This document shows positions 1-9,192 of a stretch of 64,000 bases of DNA, one piece after another (within the stretch, counting starts at the first letter, position 1; every line of letters begins with the position of its first letter). A program made the translations under genes and the position numbers. Source of the DNA: an uncultured Pseudomonadota bacterium (GTDB lineage Bacteria > Vulcanimicrobiota > Vulcanimicrobiia > Eremiobacterales > Eremiobacteraceae); assembly GCA_963736005.1 (NCBI GenBank), contig CAVTNB010000001.1:1504001-1568000 (forward strand). The letters are read 5' to 3'. Below the pieces are notes generated by a model that was not told the origin of the DNA, did no database searches, and worked only from the letters and a program-made list of their open reading frames with translations.

Positions 1-1
1 T

Positions 2-142
2 CAGAACGTGCGCTCGCAGAAGGCGTTGGAGAAAATAGGGGCAGTGCGTGTGGGATCGAGGCTCGACGCAGAGGGCCGAGACAGTTTTGTCTACCGAATT
101 ACTGCTTCAACCTTTGCCAAAGAGAAACGCTGGGCACTTTAA
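2..142 (+). CDS. GNAT (RimJ/RimL-like) N-acetyltransferase, C-terminal fragment (5' end outside window)
   Basis: Frame 2 reads QNVRSQKALEKIGAVRVG...WAL*, containing the NxxSxxxxEKxG motif typical of RimL-type GNATs; TAA at 140-142. Confidence 0.7.
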   Translation, partial: QNVRSQKALEKIGAVRVGSRLDAEGRDSFVYRITASTFAKEKRWAL

Positions 143-205
143 GAAGAGTATTTTTCTAAATTTGGCCTCTTCCGGTTAGATTTTCTTCGGTTCATTCGTT
201 CAAAA

Positions 206-240
206 CATACTTGAAACGAGTGTTTCATGTATGCTAAACT
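206..240 (+). promoter_or_regulatory. Putative TetR operator overlapping a sigma70-type promoter
   Basis: Palindrome CATAC-T-TGAAAC-GAGT-GTTTCA-T-GTATG (206-233); -35 TTGAAA 211-216; extended -10 TG-C-TAAACT 235-240. Confidence 0.7.
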
Positions 241-247
241 ACCTACT

Positions 248-850
248 ATGTCCAGAACCCCGGACGACGCGCGTAAGGCAGAGCTCTTAAGGAAGGCCGT
301 CGACTATGTCTGCAAGCACGGTCTGGCGGGGCTATCCCTGCGACCGCTAGCCAAGGCGATCGGATCGAGTCCCCGCGTTCTCCTGCACTACTTCGGTTCG
401 AAGGATGACCTCATCGTGGAGATCATTCGGCAGGGAAGAGCGCGACAGCAACAGACGATGGCGACTCTGAAGCTGACGTCTGACCTGCCTCCGCGCGAGA
501 TCACCCGAATCCTGTGGCGCCATTATAGCAAGCCGCAATGGGAGCCACTGATGCGCCTCTTTTTCGAAGTCTACGCGCTCGCGTTGCAGGATCGCTCGCG
601 CTTTCCGGGATTCGTGGAAGGCGCCGTCGAGGAGTGGCTCGCCGCCCTCGAGGCGTGCTCGACGAGACCCGGATACACGCGCGAACGTGCGCGCGCATTT
701 GCAACGATGATGATCGCCGGGTTCCGTGGGTTTCTTCTCGATCTGTGCGCGACGCACGACCGCTCGCGTATTGACCGCGCGGTCAATCTGTGGCTCACTC
801 TCCTCGACTATGCCTCTTCAGAGGAAGCTCGCAATGATGCAACAGCCTAA
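248..850 (+). CDS. TetR/AcrR family transcriptional regulator
   Basis: N-terminal HTH GLAGLSLRPLAKAIGSSPRVLLHYFGSKDDL; ATG at 248 preferred because it follows the -10 box. Confidence 0.92.
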   Translation: MSRTPDDARKAELLRKAVDYVCKHGLAGLSLRPLAKAIGSSPRVLLHYFGSKDDLIVEIIRQGRARQQQTMATLKLTSDLPPREITRILWRHYSKPQWEPLMRLFFEVYALALQDRSRFPGFVEGAVEEWLAALEACSTRPGYTRERARAFATMMIAGFRGFLLDLCATHDRSRIDRAVNLWLTLLDYASSEEARNDATA

Positions 851-2108
851 AACTCCACCACGTACCGGTGCGCTTGTCTTCATCTTCATTACAGTTGCGA
901 TCGATATGATCGCGCTCGGCATCATCGCGCCGGTGCTGCCCAAGCTCATCGCGAACTTTTTGAACGGCGACCTGTCGCATGCCGCCGAAATCACCGGCAT
1001 CTTTGCGACGGTCTGGGCGGCGATGCAGTTCTTCTTCTCGCCGCTGCTAGGGATGCTTTCCGATCGCGTCGGGCGCCGACCCGTGATCCTGATCTCGTGC
1101 GCGGTGACGGCCATCGACTTCGTCATTATGGCGGTGGCGCCGAATCTATGGTGGCTTTTCGCTGGCCGCGTGCTTTCCGGCATGGCAACCGCTAACATCA
1201 CCGCCGCATACGCCTATGTAGCCGACGTTACATCGCACGACAAGCGCGCACAGGCATACGGCCTGCTAAGCGCCGCGTTCGGCTTGGGCTTCATCATCGG
1301 TCCGGCGATCGGCGGTCTCGCCGGCAATGTCAATCCGCGCTTGCCGTTTTGGATCGCCGCAGGCTTCAGCTTGATCAACACGCTCTATGGTCTCATCGTG
1401 CTTCCCGAATCGCTGGCACGCGAACACCGCGCGACGACGATCGATTGGAAACGCGCGAATCCACTTGGCTCCTTGCGATTGCTGCGCCGTCATCCCGAAC
1501 TCTACGGGCTCGCCGGAGTCACCTTCATCACGCTCGTGGCCCACGAAGCCTTACCGGTTCTCTGGGTGCTCTACCTGATCGCGCAGTTCGGATGGAACGA
1601 GCGAGCGATCGGGTTGTCGCTCGCGCTGGTCGGCCTCTGCTCTGCGGTGACCGCTGCAACACTCGTCGGGCCGGTGGTTCGGTGGTTTGGCGAGCGGCGC
1701 ACACTGCTGATCGGCCTCGCGACGTTCATGCTCGGCAACGCGCTCATCGGCATAAACAGCGTCTACGCATTCGTGGCAGGCATCGTCGTGCTCTGTCTTT
1801 CGATTTACAACTCACCAGTGCAATCGCTCATGTCCAAGCACGTCGGCCCCAAGGAGCAGGGTGAACTTCAGGGGGCGATGTCGTCGCTGCGTGGCATCGC
1901 GATGATGATCGGCCCGCTTATCTTCGCCTGGACGTTTGCGCAAGTCACTGGACCTTGGCGGGCGTTCGGCTTCTTCGGCGCACCATTCTTCGTGGCCGGC
2001 GCGATGCTCATCGTGGCGCTCGCAATTGCGTTTCGCGTCACGTCGCGCGAGGACGATGCCGTGCTGCCACTTCCGGAACCACAACCGGTCACACTGGTGG
2101 AGGGCTAG
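834..2108 (+). CDS. MFS transporter, TCR/Tet (DHA1) family
   Basis: About 12 hydrophobic helices; motif A GMLSDRVGRRPV; GLGFIIGPAIGG; overlaps the TetR stop. Confidence 0.9.
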   Translation: MMQQPKTPPRTGALVFIFITVAIDMIALGIIAPVLPKLIANFLNGDLSHAAEITGIFATVWAAMQFFFSPLLGMLSDRVGRRPVILISCAVTAIDFVIMAVAPNLWWLFAGRVLSGMATANITAAYAYVADVTSHDKRAQAYGLLSAAFGLGFIIGPAIGGLAGNVNPRLPFWIAAGFSLINTLYGLIVLPESLAREHRATTIDWKRANPLGSLRLLRRHPELYGLAGVTFITLVAHEALPVLWVLYLIAQFGWNERAIGLSLALVGLCSAVTAATLVGPVVRWFGERRTLLIGLATFMLGNALIGINSVYAFVAGIVVLCLSIYNSPVQSLMSKHVGPKEQGELQGAMSSLRGIAMMIGPLIFAWTFAQVTGPWRAFGFFGAPFFVAGAMLIVALAIAFRVTSREDDAVLPLPEPQPVTLVEG

Positions 2109-2312
2109 TCGCCTAAGCGCCCAGAACGAAAGCTCGATCAGCGCGAGAGCGTGAGCATGCTCGATTGTTGCGACATCAGATGGCGATCATCCCCGAGCTC
2201 ATGCGGCAGCGACGACAACCCGAGGAATAGGGAGGACCAGGTCAGCCAGCGTAAAAGAGGGTTGCCAACATTCGCGCAGAGTCGCCCACCAAGTCACAAA
2301 GGATGCGGTTAT

Positions 2313-2918
2313 ATGAGACCAAGCCTTAGTTCGTGTTTGCTTGCGCTTCTTACAGCCGTTGCGATCGCGCTGCTCGAGCAGTCCGCGGCTCCAGTCAACG
2401 CGGATCAGCTTTCGCCCGATCTCGCGGCCGCTCGTACAGCGCTTGACAAATATCATGATCCGTTCACGGCGATCCGTGAAGGTTATCTCTCGACGGTTGG
2501 ATGCGTCGCATTCACGACGGCCAGCACGATGAATGGCATGCCCTATCCCGTCGGTGGTATGGGCGTGCATTTCATCAATTTCTCGCTTGTCGGACCGACG
2601 CTTGATCCCACTAAACCACAGGTGCTCATCTATGAACCGATGGCTGATGGCACGCTGAAGCTTGCGGCTGCAGAATGGTTCATGCCGTATAAAGCAGGGA
2701 TGAAGCCTCCCCAGCTCTTCGGCCATCAGTTCTACGGGCCGATGATGGGTCATTACCCCGTCATGCCCAAGGAGCTCGTGCACTACGATCTGCACGTGTG
2801 GTTGTGGAAACCCAATCCAGCCGGAATGTTCGTCCCGACCAACCCTGACATAAAATGCCCCGCAACTGGCTACACCTTCGCGCAGTCAACACCGGATATG
2901 CCCGCACCAATGCCATAA
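2313..2918 (+). CDS. Secreted conserved hypothetical protein (GMGxH...HYDLHVWLW family)
   Basis: Signal peptide followed by GGMGVHF, PQVLIY and HYDLHVWLWKPNP motifs; the upstream GTG extension looks non-coding. Confidence 0.75.
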   Translation: MRPSLSSCLLALLTAVAIALLEQSAAPVNADQLSPDLAAARTALDKYHDPFTAIREGYLSTVGCVAFTTASTMNGMPYPVGGMGVHFINFSLVGPTLDPTKPQVLIYEPMADGTLKLAAAEWFMPYKAGMKPPQLFGHQFYGPMMGHYPVMPKELVHYDLHVWLWKPNPAGMFVPTNPDIKCPATGYTFAQSTPDMPAPMP

Positions 2919-2963
2919 GAAATCGAGTCGTCACATCTCTTGACAATGTGACGCGGAGGCTCC

Positions 2964-3908
2964 GTGGCTAAGAAGATTATTGCTGTGGTTGGGAGCACCG
3001 GCTCTCAAGGCGGCGGCTTGGTTCGCGCAATTCAAAGGGACACAAGCGGCGACTTCACAGCGCGCGCTCTGACCAGAGATGTCAACTCGCAAAAGTCACG
3101 AGAGCTTTCGCGGCTAGGCGCTGAGGTCATCGCTGCCGATGTGGACGATGTTGAGAGTTTAAGGCGTGCCTTTGCGGGCGCTTACGGTGCATATTGCGTC
3201 ACGTTCTTTTGGGCCCATCACTCTCCCGACCGCGAGAAAGCCAATGCCAAGGCAATGGCTGAGGCCGCCAAGAGTGCCGAACTGCAACACGTCATCTGGT
3301 CGACATTGGAGGACACGCGCACCTTCGTGCCGCTCGGTGATAGCCGCATGCCGACACTCATGGGCCGATACAAAGTGCCGCATTTCGACGCTAAAGCTGA
3401 GGCCGACGCGTATTTTACCGACCTCGGACTGCCGGTCACGTTTTCCCACGCGTCATTTTATTGGGACAATTTCGTCGCCCGCATGAGTCCCAAGAAAGGT
3501 GCGGATGGCGTCCTCGCGCTGAACCTGCCGATCGGCGACAAGAAACTGCCGGGTATCGCGGCTGAGGACATTGGCAACTGTGCATTCGGGATCTTTCGAC
3601 GGCGCGCGGAGTTTCTCGGCAAGCGCGTCGGCTTTGCCGGCGAAGCGCTGACGGGAGCGCAGATGGCGGCTGCTGTGGGCAAGGCCCTGGGAAAGCAGAT
3701 CCGCTACAATGCGGTGCCGCCGGAAGTCTATCGCGGCTTGGGGTTCCCCGGGGCGGAGGATTTGGGGAACATGTTCCAGTTCTACGCAGACTTCGAGCCG
3801 GTGCTGCTTGCATCGCGCGATGTCGCTCTTTCGAAGTCGCTCAATCCTTCGTTGCAGTCTTTCGAACAATGGCTGACACACAACGCCAGCCGAATCGAAC
3901 TTAACTAA
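2964..3908 (+). CDS. NmrA/HSCARG family NAD(P)-binding protein
   Basis: Rossmann motif VVGSTGSQGG, VPHFDAK; RBS GGAGG before the GTG start. Confidence 0.92.
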   Translation: MAKKIIAVVGSTGSQGGGLVRAIQRDTSGDFTARALTRDVNSQKSRELSRLGAEVIAADVDDVESLRRAFAGAYGAYCVTFFWAHHSPDREKANAKAMAEAAKSAELQHVIWSTLEDTRTFVPLGDSRMPTLMGRYKVPHFDAKAEADAYFTDLGLPVTFSHASFYWDNFVARMSPKKGADGVLALNLPIGDKKLPGIAAEDIGNCAFGIFRRRAEFLGKRVGFAGEALTGAQMAAAVGKALGKQIRYNAVPPEVYRGLGFPGAEDLGNMFQFYADFEPVLLASRDVALSKSLNPSLQSFEQWLTHNASRIELN

Positions 3909-4210
3909 ACTTTCGCTGGCACTAGTCGACCACTTGCCGTTGGATTTTCTTCCACTCGTTCCGTGTATTTGGTATCGCTTTGACTTCGTGAGGGTGTCAC
4001 GCTGTGCGGTGGACGAATCGTCGTATGTCGTGCCTGTGCCTGTCATCACGAGGGAGCTAAGTGGTCGATGCTCCACCGCGATTGGACGCGCTTCAAAGCG
4101 GTTCCAAGTGAGGGCGCAGCCAGAACAGGCGGGAGTAATAGCATAGAACACGAATATCGAGGGCTACGCTCTTACCTTCATCCTTCCGTATAATCGAAAG
4201 GGAATTACAC

Positions 4211-5011
4211 TTGTTGAACCGTTTCCATCAGACGGCGGTGTGCGTGCTTGCCATCGCAGCTTTTGCGATCGCCAGCCTGCTAAACGCGCGGGCGCCAATG
4301 GCCGTCGCTTCGACGGCTACGCTCAAGACCGTAACGACGGCAGATAAGACCGCTTCGGTGGGCCTCCCCGATGGTTGGAAGCTCGCCAAGGGATCGAACG
4401 GCTTTGTCTACGTAACCGGCCCCAATGACGAACGTATCAACCTTGGGGTGCTCGTCGTCGCGAAGAATGCCCCAAGTGGAAGCGGGAACCTCGGTGGGAA
4501 TGTCGTCTTCGCACTCCCCTTTAGCGCGAGTTTGAAAGATAAGTTCACAACGATTCTTCAAACCGGCGCGACGAAACAGGGGTCGCCGCAGCCGCAAATA
4601 ACCTTCGCTGGCCAGTCCGCAACGAAACTTCCTATGTGCTCGCTCTTCCTAGGGGGCTGGACCGCAGCCGCGCAGTCCGTCAAGTTCGAGGCTGTTCTGT
4701 GTTCGCTTCAACCAGACTATCTCGGGCTGTATAAGAATCTCGTTTTTCTGGCGCAAGTGCCCTCGAACCTCGCGGCGAAAGATCGTCCGATTGTGGCTAA
4801 GATCGTTGGCAGTTACCGCGTGACACCTGACATGTTCAAGAAGATGCTTTCACCGTACACCCCCGCGCCGCCGCGCGCGTCAGGCGGGGTGATGCCGGCT
4901 CTGGCGCCGTACCAAGACCCCACGAATTCGGATTGTTTCGACTACAACGTAATCCGGGAATCGCCCCCGTGGGAAGTTCCCATGCACTGCGGTGGGTTGC
5001 AACCCGGATAA
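4211..5011 (+). CDS. Secreted hypothetical protein
   Basis: Signal-peptide-like N-terminus; TATAAT (4189-4194) and AAGGGA upstream of a TTG start; four Cys in the mature part. Confidence 0.7.
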   Translation: MLNRFHQTAVCVLAIAAFAIASLLNARAPMAVASTATLKTVTTADKTASVGLPDGWKLAKGSNGFVYVTGPNDERINLGVLVVAKNAPSGSGNLGGNVVFALPFSASLKDKFTTILQTGATKQGSPQPQITFAGQSATKLPMCSLFLGGWTAAAQSVKFEAVLCSLQPDYLGLYKNLVFLAQVPSNLAAKDRPIVAKIVGSYRVTPDMFKKMLSPYTPAPPRASGGVMPALAPYQDPTNSDCFDYNVIRESPPWEVPMHCGGLQPG

Positions 5012-5194
5012 CGTCCGGGGGCGCCGTCGTGTCTCCTGACGGCGGCCATCCTCAACTTGAATTTATCCTGGACATTCTTTAGAGCAATCGTGAAGTAGAG
5101 CACTCATGTTTACCTGCGACGAGTTGCGCTATTCCGCTTTTCTCGGAGCTTGCCAACAGCAACTACACCCGCGTGCTCGAGAGGTTAACCGATC

Positions 5195-6187
5195 GTGAGT
5201 AGAGGTTCGATCTCCGCATTTGTTGCCTTGCTCCTGGTCACGGGTTGTGCGCAAAACAGCCAACATACGGCACCTGCCAATCAAACTGCCAACGTGATGG
5301 CACAGTTGACCATGACGACGCCGGGTTACGTGGCGCCGACGTCTGCACCGCATCCAGAAGAGTTGCCGGGACTACCATCGGGTCATACAATCTTCGTCAA
5401 ACTTGCATTGGTCGATAGGACGCTCCAGATCGCGCCCGGCATGAGATATCATGCGTGGACCTTCAATGGAGGTGTACCGGGCCCGGTGATTCACGCCAGA
5501 GTCGGCGATACAATCGACGTGACGCTCACGAACAGAGCCTCCATCGGTCACTCGATAGATTTTCATGCCGCGCTCGCCCCGCCTAACGTAGCATACCAAA
5601 CTGTGCAGCCTGGGCAAACATTGCATTTCGCGTGGGTCGCGCAGTACCCAGGCGCGTTCCTCTACCACTGCGGCACGCCTCCGGTGCTGGCACACATCAG
5701 CAATGGTATGTATGGGGCGGTCGTGGTGGACCCGCCCGTGGGCTGGGGTCCCTCGGCGCAAGAGTTCGTCTTCGTTCAAAGCGAGTTTTATCCGTCGCTT
5801 TATCCCGGCACAAGCGACGAGTACTATGGAGATATGGCGAAGATGAAAACTAGCCTACCCCAGGTCGTCACGTTCAACGGAGTGGCTTTCCGCTACAAGC
5901 AGAACCCGTTATCGATCAGGGTCGGGCAACTTGTCCGGGTTTTTGTGATTAATGCTGGACCCAGTCATTTCTCCGCGTTCCACGTGATTGGCACGATCTT
6001 GCGGACGACTTTGGTCGACGGCAATCCGCAAAACAAACTCGTTGGGCTTCAGACCATCGCCGTTCCGCCGGGTGGTGGAGCTGTGGCTGAGTTCCAGGTG
6101 GAACAGGCGGGCACATATCCGTTTGTAACCCATTCATTCGGTGATGCTGACGACGGTGCCATGGGAGCATTCATTGCGACCAACTGA
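5195..6187 (+). CDS. nirK: Copper-containing nitrite reductase (lipoprotein, AniA-like)
   Basis: Lipobox LLVTGC; GHSIDFHAA (T1 His, catalytic Asp, T2 His); YHCGTPPVLAHISNGM (T1 C/H/M); FHVIG (catalytic His); YPFVTHS (T2 His). Confidence 0.85.
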   Translation: MSRGSISAFVALLLVTGCAQNSQHTAPANQTANVMAQLTMTTPGYVAPTSAPHPEELPGLPSGHTIFVKLALVDRTLQIAPGMRYHAWTFNGGVPGPVIHARVGDTIDVTLTNRASIGHSIDFHAALAPPNVAYQTVQPGQTLHFAWVAQYPGAFLYHCGTPPVLAHISNGMYGAVVVDPPVGWGPSAQEFVFVQSEFYPSLYPGTSDEYYGDMAKMKTSLPQVVTFNGVAFRYKQNPLSIRVGQLVRVFVINAGPSHFSAFHVIGTILRTTLVDGNPQNKLVGLQTIAVPPGGGAVAEFQVEQAGTYPFVTHSFGDADDGAMGAFIATN

Positions 6188-6279
6188 CTGTTGAAGTCAG
6201 CATTTGCCCTAAGCGCGGGAGTACGAGAGCGGTACGCATAAATCCATGATTCGGTCGTAGGCACTAGTGGGGTAACGCG

Positions 6280-6798
6280 ATGTCGTACGGGTCTGACGTC
6301 TTCGTTGTAAACCTCATCCTCGCAACCGGTGTCGTCGTTTTGATGACCCTTGTAGGGTTGTCATCGCGAGCGGGCCCTGTGCCGCAGCTAACGGTCGCGA
6401 TGACAGGTTATGCCATAAGGCGGTGGTGGTTCCTCGCACTCTTGGCAACATTGATTGCTGGATTCTTTCTCACGCTGCCTTATTTCCCGTACCCGCGCGC
6501 TGCCGCCACCGAACCTGTTCGACACTACCAAATCATCGCGCAGCAGTACATGTTTAGCCTCCCTACAGTCGTTCCATTTAATACACCAATCATGTTTGAC
6601 GTCACGTCGCACGATGTTAATCATGGCTTCGGCATCTACGACGATCAAGGACGCTTGATCGGCCAGGTACAGGCAATGCCCAACTACGTCAATCATTTGC
6701 CGTTTACGTTTACCCATCGCGGAATCTATACTGTGCGCTGCCTCGAATACTGCGGCATCGGCCACACCTACATGCACGCGCAGTTCGAGGTACGCTAG
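6280..6798 (+). CDS. Heme-copper oxidoreductase subunit II (CuA)
   Basis: Two TM helices then DVNHGF and the CuA motif CLEYCGIGHTYM. Confidence 0.9.
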   Translation: MSYGSDVFVVNLILATGVVVLMTLVGLSSRAGPVPQLTVAMTGYAIRRWWFLALLATLIAGFFLTLPYFPYPRAAATEPVRHYQIIAQQYMFSLPTVVPFNTPIMFDVTSHDVNHGFGIYDDQGRLIGQVQAMPNYVNHLPFTFTHRGIYTVRCLEYCGIGHTYMHAQFEVR

Positions 6799-6799
6799 C

Positions 6800-8272
6800 A
6801 TGAACATCATCGAAGACGATCTGCGACCAGCACGAATAGTAATGTGGCTCTACCTTGTCACCGGCCTGGCTATCGTCTTCCTCATGCTGCTTCTTGGATT
6901 GGTGCTGCGTGGCGAACAAGCACAATGGATTTCGTTCAGTCCGGCTCTCTTTTATTCGTTTATGACGCTGCACGGCATTGGAATGATCACCGCAGTAACG
7001 ATCGCCGGCATGGGGATGATGTGGTACCTCGTCCGGTGCAATGGTTCACTCGATGCGCGAGTCGCTTATTTCTGTTATGCATCGATAGCGCTTGGCGTGG
7101 TGGCAGTCTTGGTTGCGGTGCTTATCGGACGATTTGCCGCGGCTTGGACCTTCCTCTATCCATTGCCCTTTGTGGGAGCGACGTGGCCATCGTGGGCAAC
7201 AGGTTCGTTCTTGTTTGGCGTCGCGCTCGTCGATCTCGGATGGCTTATCTTTTGTATTCAAATCCTTGCAGCGAGCGTGTCGCGATATGGAGGGCTTGGC
7301 AGCGCGCTCGGCTTTGATTATATTTTCCATCGGGTCTCGTTTGATGCGGCGGGCAAGCACCCGCCGGAACCGCAAGCTATCGCAGCCACAGTGGTCTCTC
7401 TTGACGGCGCTATTACTGGCGCCGCCGGTATGGTGATCGGCACTGCGCTCATCGCGCACTGGCTAAATCCATCTATCGTGCTCGACTCCCTGTGGGCGAA
7501 GAATGTAACTTATTTCTTCGGACATTCGATCGCCAACCTTACGATCTACATGGCGATCGCCGGCGTCTACGTGGCATTACCATTTTATACGAAACGCGAA
7601 TATCATACGTCGCCCGTGTTCGTCGTGGCGTGGTGGGGCACGCTACTGTTCGTGCTCATCGCATACTTCCATCACCTCTACATGGACTTCGTGCAGTTTC
7701 GGGCTCTGCAATATGTTGGAGAGGCTGCATCCTATCTCGCGGCAGTGCCCGTGGCTGTGGTAACTGTCTACGGAAGCGCGCTGCTCGTCTACCGTTCGGG
7801 CATGCGCTGGAGTCTCGGCTCACTGCTGATTTTTGCGGGTCTCATCGGATGGCTGGTTGGAGGGATTGGTGCGTTATTGGACGCGACTGTACCCTTCAAT
7901 TTCGACTTGCACAACACGCTATGGGTTCCTGGCCATTTCCACACCTACTTGCTCGAGGGCGTCTTGCTGTTCATCCTTGGGTGGGTGTTCTTCATGCTCG
8001 AACAGCGTCGGGGGCAAATCACGAGCGCTGCCGTACGTTGGCTGATAGGGCTCACCTTCTTTGGGGGCGGGGGAGTATTCTTATTGGGATTCTACGCGGC
8101 AGGAGCAGCCGGCGTACCCCGTCGCTTTGCAATCGAACCAACCCCTGGACCGCACATCGCAGCGTGGTCAACCGTCGGAGCATTGATTCTTGTCGTTGGC
8201 CTTCTTCTGATCATCGGTGAAGCGCTGCGCCTAGCATTTGCTGGAAGGAAAGTGGAGCCCGAAAAATGTTGA
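6800..8272 (+). CDS. Heme-copper oxidoreductase subunit I, probable NO reductase (sNOR-like, B-family derived)
   Basis: All six His ligands present (TLHG, FFGH, YFHH, GHFH); helix VI reads GHSIAN, with Asn where O2 reductases have the cross-linked Tyr. Confidence 0.8.
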   Translation: MNIIEDDLRPARIVMWLYLVTGLAIVFLMLLLGLVLRGEQAQWISFSPALFYSFMTLHGIGMITAVTIAGMGMMWYLVRCNGSLDARVAYFCYASIALGVVAVLVAVLIGRFAAAWTFLYPLPFVGATWPSWATGSFLFGVALVDLGWLIFCIQILAASVSRYGGLGSALGFDYIFHRVSFDAAGKHPPEPQAIAATVVSLDGAITGAAGMVIGTALIAHWLNPSIVLDSLWAKNVTYFFGHSIANLTIYMAIAGVYVALPFYTKREYHTSPVFVVAWWGTLLFVLIAYFHHLYMDFVQFRALQYVGEAASYLAAVPVAVVTVYGSALLVYRSGMRWSLGSLLIFAGLIGWLVGGIGALLDATVPFNFDLHNTLWVPGHFHTYLLEGVLLFILGWVFFMLEQRRGQITSAAVRWLIGLTFFGGGGVFLLGFYAAGAAGVPRRFAIEPTPGPHIAAWSTVGALILVVGLLLIIGEALRLAFAGRKVEPEKC

Positions 8273-8724
8273 CCATTGGCCGCGTGGTTCTCTGGTTGCT
8301 TGTGGTCGCAGGAGCCGGAGCTCTCTTTGCCCCCATTTGGCACCCTGGCGAGCACTTGGCGACGCTCGTGCACCATTTAGCGCATGCAGTGGTTCTTGTG
8401 GGAGGGTGTGCACTGGGACTAGCGATCGCGCAGCCAAGGCCAACAATGTCTGAACAGACGTGGTGGCTCGTGCCTGCAATCGGCGCCTCGCTCGTCGTCA
8501 TGCTGCTCATGTGGCCGTCGCTCTACGAGGCTACCGAATCGTCCGTGTTGCTGCACCTTCTCGATCACCTTGCCCTCGCTGTGTGTGGCTTCACCGCGGC
8601 ATATGCTGGTCAGCGATATCGGTTTGGCGCGGGTTGGATACTCGCTGGAGTGGTTCTTCTGATGGCGATCACCGCGGCTGGTGGCTTTGGGGGTCTTATT
8701 CGCGGATCGTATTCGCAGCTCTGA
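8266..8724 (+). CDS. His-rich membrane protein, CtaG/DUF1404-like Cu-assembly candidate
   Basis: About 5 TM helices; VHHLAH and LHLLDH; overlaps the subunit I stop. Confidence 0.6.
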   Translation: MLTIGRVVLWLLVVAGAGALFAPIWHPGEHLATLVHHLAHAVVLVGGCALGLAIAQPRPTMSEQTWWLVPAIGASLVVMLLMWPSLYEATESSVLLHLLDHLALAVCGFTAAYAGQRYRFGAGWILAGVVLLMAITAAGGFGGLIRGSYSQL

Positions 8725-8736
8725 GAGCCGGATTTT

Positions 8737-9192
8737 ATGCCGTTCGAAGCTCGTCTCTTCATTAAGACCGGCATCGTATACATGCTTGTGACATTTCTCT
8801 TCGGTGCTATTTTGCTTGCCGCAGAAGGTCTCGGACATACGGCACCATTCGTAGTTGACGTCGAACATGGTCACGCTGGCTTTGTCGGTTGGCTCGTCAA
8901 CGTCGTTATCGGCGTCGCCTTGTGGATGTTTCCCCTCTCCAAGGAATCATTTCCAACCTCAGCAGGTCGCTACCCACCGCGTGCTGCGCTCGTGTGCTGG
9001 GGATGCCTTAACGTTGGGCTTCTGATCCGTCTCTTCGTCGAACCATGGTATCAGCTTGGTGGCCATTCAGTCGTAGCCGGTGCAGCTCTGGTCGTGTCCG
9101 CAGTGCTGCAGTTGTCGGCAGTCGCGATCTTCGCTTTCATCGTGTGGCATCGCATCCGTCCTCCTTCGCGCCCCGCGCCGGGCGTGGGATGA
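8737..9192 (+). CDS. 4-TM membrane protein with HxH...GW motif (HCO subunit I-like fragment)
   Basis: EHGHAGFVGWLVNVVIGVALWMFP; same strand, operonic spacing. Confidence 0.7.
   Translation: MPFEARLFIKTGIVYMLVTFLFGAILLAAEGLGHTAPFVVDVEHGHAGFVGWLVNVVIGVALWMFPLSKESFPTSAGRYPPRAALVCWGCLNVGLLIRLFVEPWYQLGGHSVVAGAALVVSAVLQLSAVAIFAFIVWHRIRPPSRPAPGVG

Noticed and set aside
834..2108. tetA tetracycline resistance gene
   Set aside because: Only family-level MFS motifs; substrate cannot be assigned from sequence.
5012..5194. FNR/DNR box upstream of nirK
   Set aside because: TTGAATTTATCC does not fit TTGAT-N4-ATCAA; no convincing site found.
6280..8272. Ordinary cytochrome c oxidase (coxAB/cbaAB)
   Set aside because: The cross-linking Tyr position after the helix VI His is Asn, and the genes follow nirK.
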